Assembly: GCA_041658285.1 (NCBI GenBank)
Contig: JBBAAP010000001.1
Span: 260,916 to 324,915, forward strand
Direction of reading: 5' to 3'
DNA: 64,000 bases
DNA from: Candidatus Brocadiia bacterium
GTDB taxonomy: Bacteria; Planctomycetota; MHYJ01; JACQXL01
Under the pieces are notes generated by a model. That model was not told the origin of the DNA. It searched no databases and was given only the letters and a program-made list of their open reading frames with translations. This document shows, one piece after another, positions 9,212-17,899 of this stretch. Every line of letters begins with the position of its first letter. Position 1 is the stretch's first letter. The translations under genes were made by a program, and so were the position numbers.

Positions 9212-10957
9212 ATGTCAAAGAATGTAGTTTTCGATGAACAGATACGGCTTTTGCTTAAAAAAGGCGTAGACAAAACGGTCCGGGCGGTTAAATACACCTA
9301 TGGCCCGGCCGGACGGGCGGTGATGATTGACAAGGGCTGGGGCAGCCCGTCCGTTACCCGGGACGGGGCCAGCGTAGCAGACGAAATCGATCTGATTGAC
9401 CCGCAAGAAAATCTGGGAGCCCAGATGGTCAAAGCGGCCGCCTCTAAAACAAATGACGATACCGGCGACGGCTCAACCACTACCGTTATCCTGGTCGGTG
9501 CGATATTCACCGAAGGGCTCAAACACGTCACCGCCGGCGGCAACGCCATGGCCATAGGCCGGGGGATCAAAAAGGCTGTCGCCAAACTGACCGAAGAAAT
9601 TAAAAAGATATCAGAACCGGTCAAGGTCGAACGCAGCAAAACCAACAAAATAATCAACCAGATAGCCACTGTGGCGGCCGGCAACGACCCGGTCATCGGG
9701 AAATTCATAGCTGACGCCATGGACAAGGTCTTGGCCGACGGCGTCATTACCATCGAAGAAGGCAAAGGCACCGAAACCGATGTCAAAATCGTCGAGGGTA
9801 TGCAATTCGACCGCGGTTTCGTGTCGCCCTACTTCATAACTAACCAGGAAAAGATGGAAGTTATCCTGAACAACCCATACATTCTTATCTACGAAGACAA
9901 AATCTCCAACCAGAATGATTTAATCCCGCTGATGGAGTCGCTCATCAAGGAAAAACGCCCGCTTCTTATTATCGCCGAGGACATTGAAGGCGATGCCCTG
10001 GCTACGCTGGTCGTCAATAAAGTTAAAGGCACGCTGGAATGCGCCGCGGTCAAAGCGCCCGGTTACGGCGACCGCCGGAAGGAAATGATTGAAGACATCG
10101 CTATAATGACCGGCGGCAAGGCCGTATTCAAAGACCTGGGCGTAAACATCAAGAAACTGCCTAAGGAATACCTGGGCACAGCCCGCAAGGTCATTATCGA
10201 TTCGGAAAATACCACCATCGTCGAAGGCGCCGGAACTTCCAAGGAAATTAAAGCACGTACCGAAAAAATAAGGTCAGAGATGGCCAAAAGCGATTCCGAT
10301 TACGACCGGGAAAAACTCCAGGAACGACTGGCCCGGTTCAGCGGCGGAATCGCACAGATAAACATAGGCGCGTCCACCGAAACCGAACTCAAGGGCAAGA
10401 AAGAGCGGGCTGAGTCGGCACTGTCAGCCGTTAAGGCGGCCCTGGAAGAAGGCGTAGTCACGGGCGGCGGAATTGCGCTGCTCCGTATCACCAGCGCGCT
10501 GGATAAACTTAAGTTCGAAGGCGACGAACAGATTGGCGTCGAGGTCATCAGAAAAGCCCTGGAACTGCCCTTCCGCCAACTCATTGAAAACAGCGGACGC
10601 GAACCGTCATCAATACGACGCAAACTCAACTTATCCACTAAACCAGACTGGGGATTTGATATCCAAGCCGGCGAAATCCGCAACATGACCGAAGCAGGCA
10701 TCCTGGACGCCACCAAGGTAGTTCGGACTGCATTACAAAACGCGGCCAGCGTAGCTGAACTGCTTTTAACCACCAACGCCGCAATCACCGATATCAAGGA
10801 AAAAAATGGGGGCGGACCGCAGATGCCTCCGGGCGGAATGCCCGGCATGGGCGGTATGCCTGGTATGGGTGGAATGCCCGGAATGGGTGGTATGCCCGAT
10901 ATGGGTGGTATGCCCGATATGGGTGGCATGGATATGCGCGGAATGGGTATGGATTAA
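9212..10957 (+). CDS. groEL: Chaperonin GroEL paralog 1 (Cpn60) with a C-terminal GGM repeat tail
   Basis: 581 aa, colinear with GroEL (GPAGRAVMIDKGWGSP, TGDGSTTTVIL, GGGIALLR). A strong SD (AGGAGGA) precedes it and no groES gene lies immediately upstream. The C-terminus carries GGMPGMGGMPGMGGM repeats. Confidence 0.93.
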   Translation: MSKNVVFDEQIRLLLKKGVDKTVRAVKYTYGPAGRAVMIDKGWGSPSVTRDGASVADEIDLIDPQENLGAQMVKAAASKTNDDTGDGSTTTVILVGAIFTEGLKHVTAGGNAMAIGRGIKKAVAKLTEEIKKISEPVKVERSKTNKIINQIATVAAGNDPVIGKFIADAMDKVLADGVITIEEGKGTETDVKIVEGMQFDRGFVSPYFITNQEKMEVILNNPYILIYEDKISNQNDLIPLMESLIKEKRPLLIIAEDIEGDALATLVVNKVKGTLECAAVKAPGYGDRRKEMIEDIAIMTGGKAVFKDLGVNIKKLPKEYLGTARKVIIDSENTTIVEGAGTSKEIKARTEKIRSEMAKSDSDYDREKLQERLARFSGGIAQINIGASTETELKGKKERAESALSAVKAALEEGVVTGGGIALLRITSALDKLKFEGDEQIGVEVIRKALELPFRQLIENSGREPSSIRRKLNLSTKPDWGFDIQAGEIRNMTEAGILDATKVVRTALQNAASVAELLLTTNAAITDIKEKNGGGPQMPPGGMPGMGGMPGMGGMPGMGGMPDMGGMPDMGGMDMRGMGMD

Positions 10958-11001
10958 AATTATTCTCCCCGCCATTAGCCGGGGGTCAAAGGAGATTAAA
11001 T

Positions 11002-11289
11002 ATGAATATCAGACCGTTAGAAGACAGAATCGTGATAAAACCACTTGAGGAAAAAACTACCACTGCCGGCGGAATCATCCTGCCGGATACAGTCAAGGAA
11101 AAACCCCAGAGGGGCGAGGTCGTAGCGGCCGGCTCCGGTAAAATTATGACCAGCGGTAAAAAAGCTCCTCTGATCCTAAAAAAAGGAGATACCGTCATAT
11201 TCGGCAAATACGCCGGAACAGAAATCAAGGTCGACGAGAAAACTTACATCATAATGAAGGAAGACGAAATCCTGGCCCGGATAGAATAA
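11002..11289 (+). CDS. groES: Co-chaperonin GroES
   Basis: 95 aa (MNIRPLEDRIVIKPLEE...AGGIILPDT...GEVVAAG). The SD is AAAGGAG. Confidence 0.95.
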   Translation: MNIRPLEDRIVIKPLEEKTTTAGGIILPDTVKEKPQRGEVVAAGSGKIMTSGKKAPLILKKGDTVIFGKYAGTEIKVDEKTYIIMKEDEILARIE

Positions 11290-11377
11290 TAATAAAAGTC
11301 TGCGGGTAACGAGTTCATCGGCTCGAAAATGAACTATCTTATGAACTCGTAAACCCATGAACCTGAAGGAGTAAACT

Positions 11378-13000
11378 ATGTCTAAGCAACTAATGTTCGA
11401 TTACGAAGCGCACCAAAAAATACTTAAAGGCGCCAAGTCCCTGGCCGATACACTCAGAATAACCCTTGGCCCGACCGGGCGGAACGTCCTGCTGGATAAG
11501 TCGTTCGGTAACCCGGAAATCATCAAGGACGGCAATGCCATATCTAAAGAGGTAGAACTACCCGATCCGTTCGAGAACATGGGAAGCAAAATGATCAGCG
11601 AGGCCGCTTCCAAAACTTCCGACGTCATAGGCGACGGCGCATCTGTCTCGGCCCTGCTGGCTTACGCCATATACGAATCCGGACTTAAATACCTGACTTC
11701 GGGCGCTAATCCGGTCGGGCTCAAAAACGGCATAGAAAAAGCCACGTCCACAATAGTAGACACGCTTAAAGAAATGTCCAGACCGGCCACCGAAAAATCA
11801 GATTACCAGAATATTGCTACCGTTTCGGCCAATCGGGATGAGAAAATCGGCAAGCTTATCGCCGAAGCGATGACTAAAGTCGGCAAAGAAGGCGTGATTA
11901 CGGTCGATGAAGGCAAAGGCCGGGAAACCACCCTGGAATTCACCGAAGGGCTATCGTTTGACAAGGGCTACATCTCGCCGTATTTCGTAACCAACCCGGA
12001 GAATCTGACCTGCGTCTTGAACGACTGCTATATCCTGCTCTACGAAAAAAAGATTACCAATCTGCAGGAAATGCTGCCGCTTCTGGAGCAGGTGGTCCAG
12101 ACCGGAAAATCAATATTAATAGTGGCCGAGGAAATCGAAGGCGAGGCGCTTACGGCCCTGGTCATCAACAAACTCCAGGGCAGCTTGAAATGCTGCGCCG
12201 TCAAGACGCCGGCTTTCGGAGACCGCAAGAAAGCCATTATGGAAGATATCGCCATAGTCACCGGCGGACAGTTCTTCTCCGAGGAACTGGGAGCTAAGCT
12301 AGAAGAAATATCGGTCAATAACCTAGGCAAGGCTAAAAGTATCAAAATCGATAAAGACAATACCTACATCGTCGAAGGCGCCGGCGCTAAGAAGAAAATC
12401 GAGGCACGCGTGGCTCAGATACGCAACCTGATTAAAACCACCACCTCGGATTATGACCGGGAAAAATATGAGGAACGGCTGGCTAAATTAGTCGGCGGCG
12501 TAGCGGTCATTAAGGTCGGCGCGCTGATGGAAACGATGATAAAAGAGAAGAAATCGGTCATTGAAAACGCGGTAAACTCGGCTCGAGCGGCCCGGGATGA
12601 AGGTTATCTGCCGGGCGGCGGACTGGCTTACCTAAAATGCCTGCCGGCGCTGGAAGACCTGAAAGAGAAAACATCAAACCCGGACGAACGTATGGGCATA
12701 ACTATCGTAGCCCAGGCAATGGAAATACCGCTCCGCCAGATTGCCGACAACAGCGGCCGCGACGGCGCCATGATCGTGGAAGACCTCAAAGAGAAATCAA
12801 AGGATGACGACCCCATCGGGTTTGACGCCTTCTCGGGCGAATATACCCATATGATCAAGGCCGGTATCGTCGACCCGACCAAGCTCCTGAGAAGCGCCAT
12901 CCAGAATGCTTCGAGCATCGCCGGACTGATGCTTTCTTCACGGACATTAATCACCGATTTCAAGGAGAAGGAAAAAACTATCGAAGGCAGTATCCAGTAA
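11378..13000 (+). CDS. groEL: Chaperonin GroEL paralog 2 (no GGM tail; degenerate nucleotide-binding loop)
   Basis: 540 aa, colinear with GroEL (TLGPTGRNVLLDKSFGNPEIIKDGN). The canonical GDGTTTATVL loop reads GDGASVSALL. Confidence 0.9.
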   Translation: MSKQLMFDYEAHQKILKGAKSLADTLRITLGPTGRNVLLDKSFGNPEIIKDGNAISKEVELPDPFENMGSKMISEAASKTSDVIGDGASVSALLAYAIYESGLKYLTSGANPVGLKNGIEKATSTIVDTLKEMSRPATEKSDYQNIATVSANRDEKIGKLIAEAMTKVGKEGVITVDEGKGRETTLEFTEGLSFDKGYISPYFVTNPENLTCVLNDCYILLYEKKITNLQEMLPLLEQVVQTGKSILIVAEEIEGEALTALVINKLQGSLKCCAVKTPAFGDRKKAIMEDIAIVTGGQFFSEELGAKLEEISVNNLGKAKSIKIDKDNTYIVEGAGAKKKIEARVAQIRNLIKTTTSDYDREKYEERLAKLVGGVAVIKVGALMETMIKEKKSVIENAVNSARAARDEGYLPGGGLAYLKCLPALEDLKEKTSNPDERMGITIVAQAMEIPLRQIADNSGRDGAMIVEDLKEKSKDDDPIGFDAFSGEYTHMIKAGIVDPTKLLRSAIQNASSIAGLMLSSRTLITDFKEKEKTIEGSIQ

Positions 13001-13047
13001 ATATCATCCCGACAAGCGGGACTAACTGATTCCGAACGGAGGATTAT

Positions 13048-14097
13048 ATGAACGATACCACAAATACCGGGATGATCCAGCCCGAAATACGCAAAGGAAA
13101 AACAGCTAGCTTCTGGATATCAATAATCCTGGGCATACTGCTGGTATTCAGCGCACTGGGTAATTTTATCCTGCTTATCGCATTAGCAGCTAAAGTCGGA
13201 AGCGTCGGGCAGTATAACAAAAGCGATTTCAATGAAACCTTCGTTCACGGCGACAACTCGGCCGACCACAAGATAGTCTGCATCACCGTGTCCGGCCCAA
13301 TTATAAGAGATTCAGCTCCATCGATGTTCAACCAGAGATTAGACCCGGTCAGCACGGTCATGGAATCCCTGGAAATGGCCAAGAATGACCATGATGTCAA
13401 AGCGATTATACTTGAAGTCAACAGCCCGGGCGGCGGCATAACCGAAAGCGACCAGATTTATAACGAACTGTTGCGGTTCAAAAAAGCACGTCCCGAAGTT
13501 AAAATCATCACTTCCATGGACAGCGTAGCCGCATCGGGCGGTTATTATATCTCTATGGCTACAGACCGGGTGGTCGCCCGGCCGACAACCATCACCGGCA
13601 GTATCGGCGTGATTATGGGGCTGATTAATATGGAAGAGCTCTTCAAGAAAATCGGCGTCAAGGAAGTCATCTTCAAATCCGGCGCCAAGAAGGATATGTT
13701 CTCACCCACTCGACAGATAACCGATGAGGAGAAACAGATTGCCCAAGCCATCATCAAGGAGATGTACGACCGATTCGTATCCGTGGTAGTCGAGGGACGC
13801 AAGAACCTGGACAAGGAAAAAATACTCCAGCTGGCCGACGGCCGCATCTATACGGGACAACAGGCTTTCGAACACGGGCTGGTCGATGAACTGGGTGACT
13901 TTAATGACGCATTTGAAGCGACCAAGAAGCTGGCCAACCTGACTAATGCCCGGGTAATCCGCTATAAAAAACGCTGGTCGTTCGGCGAGCTGTTCCTTTC
14001 AGAAATGCAGAATTTAAAACCGTCTATCAGCCTGCTGCCTGAAAATTCCGGACTTTCAATGGATACGCCCAGGTTCATGTATCTGTGGACATATTAA
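13048..14097 (+). CDS. sppA: Signal peptide peptidase SppA (36K type)
   Basis: It has an N-terminal TM segment and a ClpP/crotonase-fold S49 peptidase domain with IILEVNSPGGG and SMDSVAASGGYY motifs. Confidence 0.9.
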   Translation: MNDTTNTGMIQPEIRKGKTASFWISIILGILLVFSALGNFILLIALAAKVGSVGQYNKSDFNETFVHGDNSADHKIVCITVSGPIIRDSAPSMFNQRLDPVSTVMESLEMAKNDHDVKAIILEVNSPGGGITESDQIYNELLRFKKARPEVKIITSMDSVAASGGYYISMATDRVVARPTTITGSIGVIMGLINMEELFKKIGVKEVIFKSGAKKDMFSPTRQITDEEKQIAQAIIKEMYDRFVSVVVEGRKNLDKEKILQLADGRIYTGQQAFEHGLVDELGDFNDAFEATKKLANLTNARVIRYKKRWSFGELFLSEMQNLKPSISLLPENSGLSMDTPRFMYLWTY

Positions 14098-14131
14098 TAC
14101 CACTAACTCCCTTCGGTCGAAGTGGCCTAAC

Positions 14132-14248
14132 CCCATACACTTCGTGTATGGGATAAAAACCAGTAACTCGCTTTGCTAGCTCTAACCCAGTTATTTCTTT
14201 GAAATAACTGGATAAGTGCCAGTACGTCGCTTCGCTCCTACTGGCACT
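14132..14248. terminator. Three consecutive stem-loops between convergent sppA and the membrane-paralog gene
   Basis: The first is CCCATACAC-TTC-GTGTATGGG at 14132-14152 (9-bp stem). The second is CAGTTATTTC-TTT-GAAATAACTG at 14188-14210 (10-bp stem). The third is AGTGCCAGTA-14 nt-TACTGGCACT at 14215-14248 (10-bp stem, overlapping the TAG stop of the minus-strand gene). Confidence 0.6.
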
Positions 14249-15167
14249 AATTATGGCCACCGCTCAGGAAGAAGTAGATTGTCAGGATAGAGCCCAGAAT
14301 GCTCAACACCGCAAAGGCCTTGCTAGATATCTTGTTCTTGCCGCTGCCTACACCTTTGATAAGTATCAGTATAACCACCCAATAGACGAATATCATCAGG
14401 CTCTTATTATCCACGTCATTAGGGTCCATCACCTCGGGTATGCCGGTCCAGGGCCGACCGTAGGCAACATAGGCTACGTAACATCCTATCGGGAAGCTGG
14501 TAATGAAGAAAAACAGGTTAGCCCAAAACGAGGAAAGAACCGCCTTCATTATCGGGAATTGGCTGGTAGCCAGATGCATCAACCCGTAATATAATATATG
14601 CAGCAGGAACAATACGGTCATGACCATCATGGCGATATGAAGCGCGGTCACCCACAAAACACTCTCTCTTCGGAAAGTAATATTTTCTATCTTGGCGTCC
14701 GGGGCATCGGCGCCTTTGGGATAAATGTGGCTGGCGCCGGCATCATCGGTCATGATAATGTAAAAATAATACTGCTCATCCATTTTCATCCCGACTAAGG
14801 TTGCCGTATAAAATCCCGTATTACCGGCCGGGTACATGGGCGCCAGGTTAAACGGTTTTTTGGGCGCCGGCGTCTTGAAAACCATAGTCGGCCGGGCTTC
14901 TTCAACGTTAAGGCTGTAATAGGCCAGCTTCACATCCTTGGGCTTATTATCTGAAGTAACCAAAAGGTTTATGATGGCATCTTTACCCTCATAAAACTCT
15001 CCCCGGTTGCTGTATTCCATCTTGAATGAACCGACATCCTTGGTCTTGTGGCGGCTGGTCACGGCCATAAGCATTCCAAACGAATAGACAAAACCGATAA
15101 GCAAACCTATCCCTAACGTTACATAAAGCGGCCAGCGCGGGAATTTCTTTGTGGTTTCTTCTGACAT
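14247..15167 (-). CDS. Hypothetical membrane protein (tandem paralog A): N-terminal TM, ~150-aa periplasmic domain, 4 C-terminal TM helices
   Basis: 306 aa. It is clearly paralogous to the next gene, with shared blocks HI..M...LF.LH..YY and G.W.EYE.YG..WTG.P. Confidence 0.6.
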   Translation of the reverse strand: MSEETTKKFPRWPLYVTLGIGLLIGFVYSFGMLMAVTSRHKTKDVGSFKMEYSNRGEFYEGKDAIINLLVTSDNKPKDVKLAYYSLNVEEARPTMVFKTPAPKKPFNLAPMYPAGNTGFYTATLVGMKMDEQYYFYIIMTDDAGASHIYPKGADAPDAKIENITFRRESVLWVTALHIAMMVMTVLFLLHILYYGLMHLATSQFPIMKAVLSSFWANLFFFITSFPIGCYVAYVAYGRPWTGIPEVMDPNDVDNKSLMIFVYWVVILILIKGVGSGKNKISSKAFAVLSILGSILTIYFFLSGGHN

Positions 15168-15198
15168 AATTCCTCCTGTATTTTATATTATTTAATTA

Positions 15199-16101
15199 TT
15201 AAATATCACCATGCCCTATTGCAAACCTGACAACCATAGTCAGAATTCCGCCCAGCACGGTCAGCCAGGCAAAAGTCTTGTAGCTGACCAGGTTCTTCTG
15301 GGGGTTATTGGAAAAGACCGAACCCTTTACCAGGATTATTACAACAAACCAATAAGCAAAATTAAACAGCGTCTTGCTGTCGGTCATATCCCAACCCAGC
15401 GGGAAACCGGTCCAGTATGTCCCGTACTTTTCGTACTCGATCCAGATGCCCAGTGGGAATGCCGAAATACCATAACATAAAAGACCCCAAGCGATACCGG
15501 AAACCGCCTTATTGAAGCTCCAGTCAACCTTGTTCCACAGATAATTGAAGGCATAATAGAACCCGTGTAACAAGAAGAACAACGCCACAATCATCAGCAG
15601 GATATGCACGGTCAAACCAAAGGTATTTGGATCCTGTTTAAACGACACGTGATAAGGCACCTTGGTGGTCAGGAAGCTCTCGGGCATAACAACCACGTTA
15701 TTCTGGCTGTCCGTAACCTCGATAAAGAAATATGTTTTGTGGTTCTTTTCCATAGTCGGCAGCTGGTGCGCATAAAACCTGCCCTTTTCGGTCGGGCTCA
15801 TTAATTCAATCTTGAAATCAGATTTCTGGATATTGGGATACTTGGCCTTGAATTCCTCGTCCTTAAGCCAGTAAACCTTGGCGCCATCCAGCGGTATCTG
15901 CCCCTTCTGGGTCGAGGCGTTGATGAAGAAGCGGTACTGGTAACCCGCGTCCTCTTCCTTGTAGTGGTTATAAACCACTTTCAGGTCGCCCTTGACGGCC
16001 ATATCCGGCTTGCGTTTGGCCAACATCTCATAGCAGGCAAACGTCAACACCAGGCTCAAGAGCGTGACAAAGATATACATCGGCATCTTGGAATAACTCA
16101 T
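15199..16101 (-). CDS. Hypothetical membrane protein (tandem paralog B)
   Basis: 300 aa with the same architecture and conserved blocks as 14247..15167. Confidence 0.6.
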   Translation of the reverse strand: MSYSKMPMYIFVTLLSLVLTFACYEMLAKRKPDMAVKGDLKVVYNHYKEEDAGYQYRFFINASTQKGQIPLDGAKVYWLKDEEFKAKYPNIQKSDFKIELMSPTEKGRFYAHQLPTMEKNHKTYFFIEVTDSQNNVVVMPESFLTTKVPYHVSFKQDPNTFGLTVHILLMIVALFFLLHGFYYAFNYLWNKVDWSFNKAVSGIAWGLLCYGISAFPLGIWIEYEKYGTYWTGFPLGWDMTDSKTLFNFAYWFVVIILVKGSVFSNNPQKNLVSYKTFAWLTVLGGILTMVVRFAIGHGDI

Positions 16102-16241
16102 AATCGCTCCTTCACAAAATGAATAGTTTAATTAATAAAGGCAATAATTCCGTTCCGGGAAGAATCTTGATAGCAGGGGCGCCTCCGGCATTATGCCGGA
16201 GGCCGCGCCCTGATGATGGTCTTAGGGTATTTATCCTTAAA

Positions 16242-16397
16242 TTACTTGGCCTTGCCCATGATTCTGAACATGCCTGTGCCGCAGGTCGGGCATTTGCCCT
16301 TCATAGCCTGTCTCTTGTTCTTCATCGTCACCACTTTGGCGTCCTTGATGTCTCTTTTAGCCTTGCATTTCACGCAATAACCTTTTTCTGTCGCCAT
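16242..16397 (-). CDS. Small zinc-ribbon protein (DUF5679-like), 51 aa; missing from the ORF track
   Basis: Hand translation of the minus strand gives MATEKGYCVKCKAKRDIKDAKVVTMKNKRQAMKGKCPTCGTGMFRIMGKAK. A perfect SD (AAAGGAG) sits 8 nt upstream, there are two CxxC pairs, and a GC-rich hairpin (16176-16203) lies downstream. Confidence 0.7.
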   Translation of the reverse strand: MATEKGYCVKCKAKRDIKDAKVVTMKNKRQAMKGKCPTCGTGMFRIMGKAK

Positions 16398-16507
16398 ATT
16401 CGCGCTCCTTTACTTGCTGTCAGTTAACCGGCGCCGCGGCTTATTACCGCGGGGACGGAATACCGACATTTCTGAACTATAAACTATTAAGGCCCCCAAA
16501 TTACTGA

Positions 16508-17899
16508 TTATTTATTCGAAGTCAAGAAATATATCGTGTCTAATTTGAGTTTCCGGGCCGCCGCGGCCACGTCATCCTTGCTGACAGCGTCAATCCGCCC
16601 GATGATATCCTTGATGGAAATACCGGTCCGGCCGTTCAGGATAAGCTCCTGGTAAAAATTAATCATGGCCGATGCCGTGTCTTCAACCGATTTTAGGCGG
16701 GTGATAATGGACTTCTTGGTGTCGGACAACTCCTTGTCCGGAATGTCTGCCTGCTTCAATGCCTCAATCTGCTCCTTAATGATGGCTACAGCCTGATCGA
16801 ACTTGTCATGGTTAATGCCGGCCTTGATCATCATCAATCCCTTGGTCCGTTCGATTATGGAAAAGACGAAATAAGCCAGCCCGGCCTTTTCCCTGACATT
16901 GCGGAATAGTTTGGAATGCGGGAATCCGCCCAACACGCCATTGGCCACCATAAGATTAAATACATCGTCGTCCTTCCAGGTCGTATCCGTCCTCAATCCC
17001 ATAACCAGCTTGCCCTGGTCAATCGGCTGATTCTCCTTGATGACCCGCGGCTCGGCCGGCGCCGGCGGGTTCTTGATTGTTATTTTGGTATCTTTAATAT
17101 CCTTATGAAGCGATTTGAACGGCTTGAGAATAGAAACCACGGCCTTGGCCAGCTGTTCCGGCTTAAACTGCCCGACCGCGAATATCTCTATGGGCGCGCT
17201 AACCAATACCTTGCGGTGGTGTTGGTATAATAACTCCGGGGTTACCCGGGCAATGTCTTCAATCGTGCCGTATTCGAATATCCCGTACGGCTCAGTCTTA
17301 CACATCTCCTGGGTGCAGCGCTCCTCGGCAAAGGACATCTTGTCGTCGAACAAGCCCTCGATAAAGTCCTTGAGCTGCTGCTGTTCCTGTTTGCAGTAAT
17401 CCGGCCGGAGCTTCTTGCCTTCAGTCAGCGGGTTAAGAAGCATATCCTTAATGAACCCAAACGCCTTCTGGGTCATCTTGGAGCGTAAAACGCGCGACTG
17501 GACAAAACTCGGGCTGAGGAACTCGATGTAATATTCCAGGATGGAGTATTCGCCTATCTTGGAGATATCGCTGCCGAATGAGGCGCCGTAAAGCGACTCC
17601 ATAAATACGCTCATCTTGCGCATCGAGGGGAATTTACCGGAACCGCGCGACATCACCCTCAAGAGCATGGCGTTCAGGGTCGCCTCAAAGCTATTAACCA
17701 GCGGCTGGCGGACGAAAAGCTTGGCCACGATGGTCTTAAACTTATCCGTCGGATGAAGATGCAGGGTCACTCCGGGCAGGATGTCTTTAATGGTCGTAAA
17801 CATATTCAATTTGGTATCACATACGGACCGGACTGTCCAGAAAATAAGGTCTTTACTGTCCGCGGCGATAAAATCATTGACACCCGCACTATTATTCAT
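16508..17899 (-). CDS. M16 (pitrilysin) family peptidase-like protein, probably a non-catalytic subunit
   Basis: It shows M16 N- and C-domain architecture (LPGVTLHLHPTDKFKTIV, ...GLAYFVFS...), but I could not find an HxxEH motif. I prefer the start at the Met at 17899 (MNNSAG); the tracked ORF extends to 17920. Confidence 0.65.
   Translation of the reverse strand: MNNSAGVNDFIAADSKDLIFWTVRSVCDTKLNMFTTIKDILPGVTLHLHPTDKFKTIVAKLFVRQPLVNSFEATLNAMLLRVMSRGSGKFPSMRKMSVFMESLYGASFGSDISKIGEYSILEYYIEFLSPSFVQSRVLRSKMTQKAFGFIKDMLLNPLTEGKKLRPDYCKQEQQQLKDFIEGLFDDKMSFAEERCTQEMCKTEPYGIFEYGTIEDIARVTPELLYQHHRKVLVSAPIEIFAVGQFKPEQLAKAVVSILKPFKSLHKDIKDTKITIKNPPAPAEPRVIKENQPIDQGKLVMGLRTDTTWKDDDVFNLMVANGVLGGFPHSKLFRNVREKAGLAYFVFSIIERTKGLMMIKAGINHDKFDQAVAIIKEQIEALKQADIPDKELSDTKKSIITRLKSVEDTASAMINFYQELILNGRTGISIKDIIGRIDAVSKDDVAAAARKLKLDTIYFLTSNK

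Noticed and set aside
10806-10957. DNA-level tandem repeat (GGTATGCCCGGAATGGGT...)
   Set aside because: It encodes the well-known C-terminal GGM repeat tail of GroEL and is not an independent repeat element.
9185-11377. Searched for a CIRCE / HrcA operator upstream of groEL1, groES and groEL2
   Set aside because: No TTAGCACTC-N9-GAGTGCTAA match is present. Only an unrelated palindrome (CGAGTTCAT...ATGAACTCG) was found between groES and groEL2.
16119-16427. 102-aa plus-strand ORF
   Set aside because: It is antisense to the well-supported small zinc-ribbon gene and overlaps a terminator hairpin. It has no RBS.
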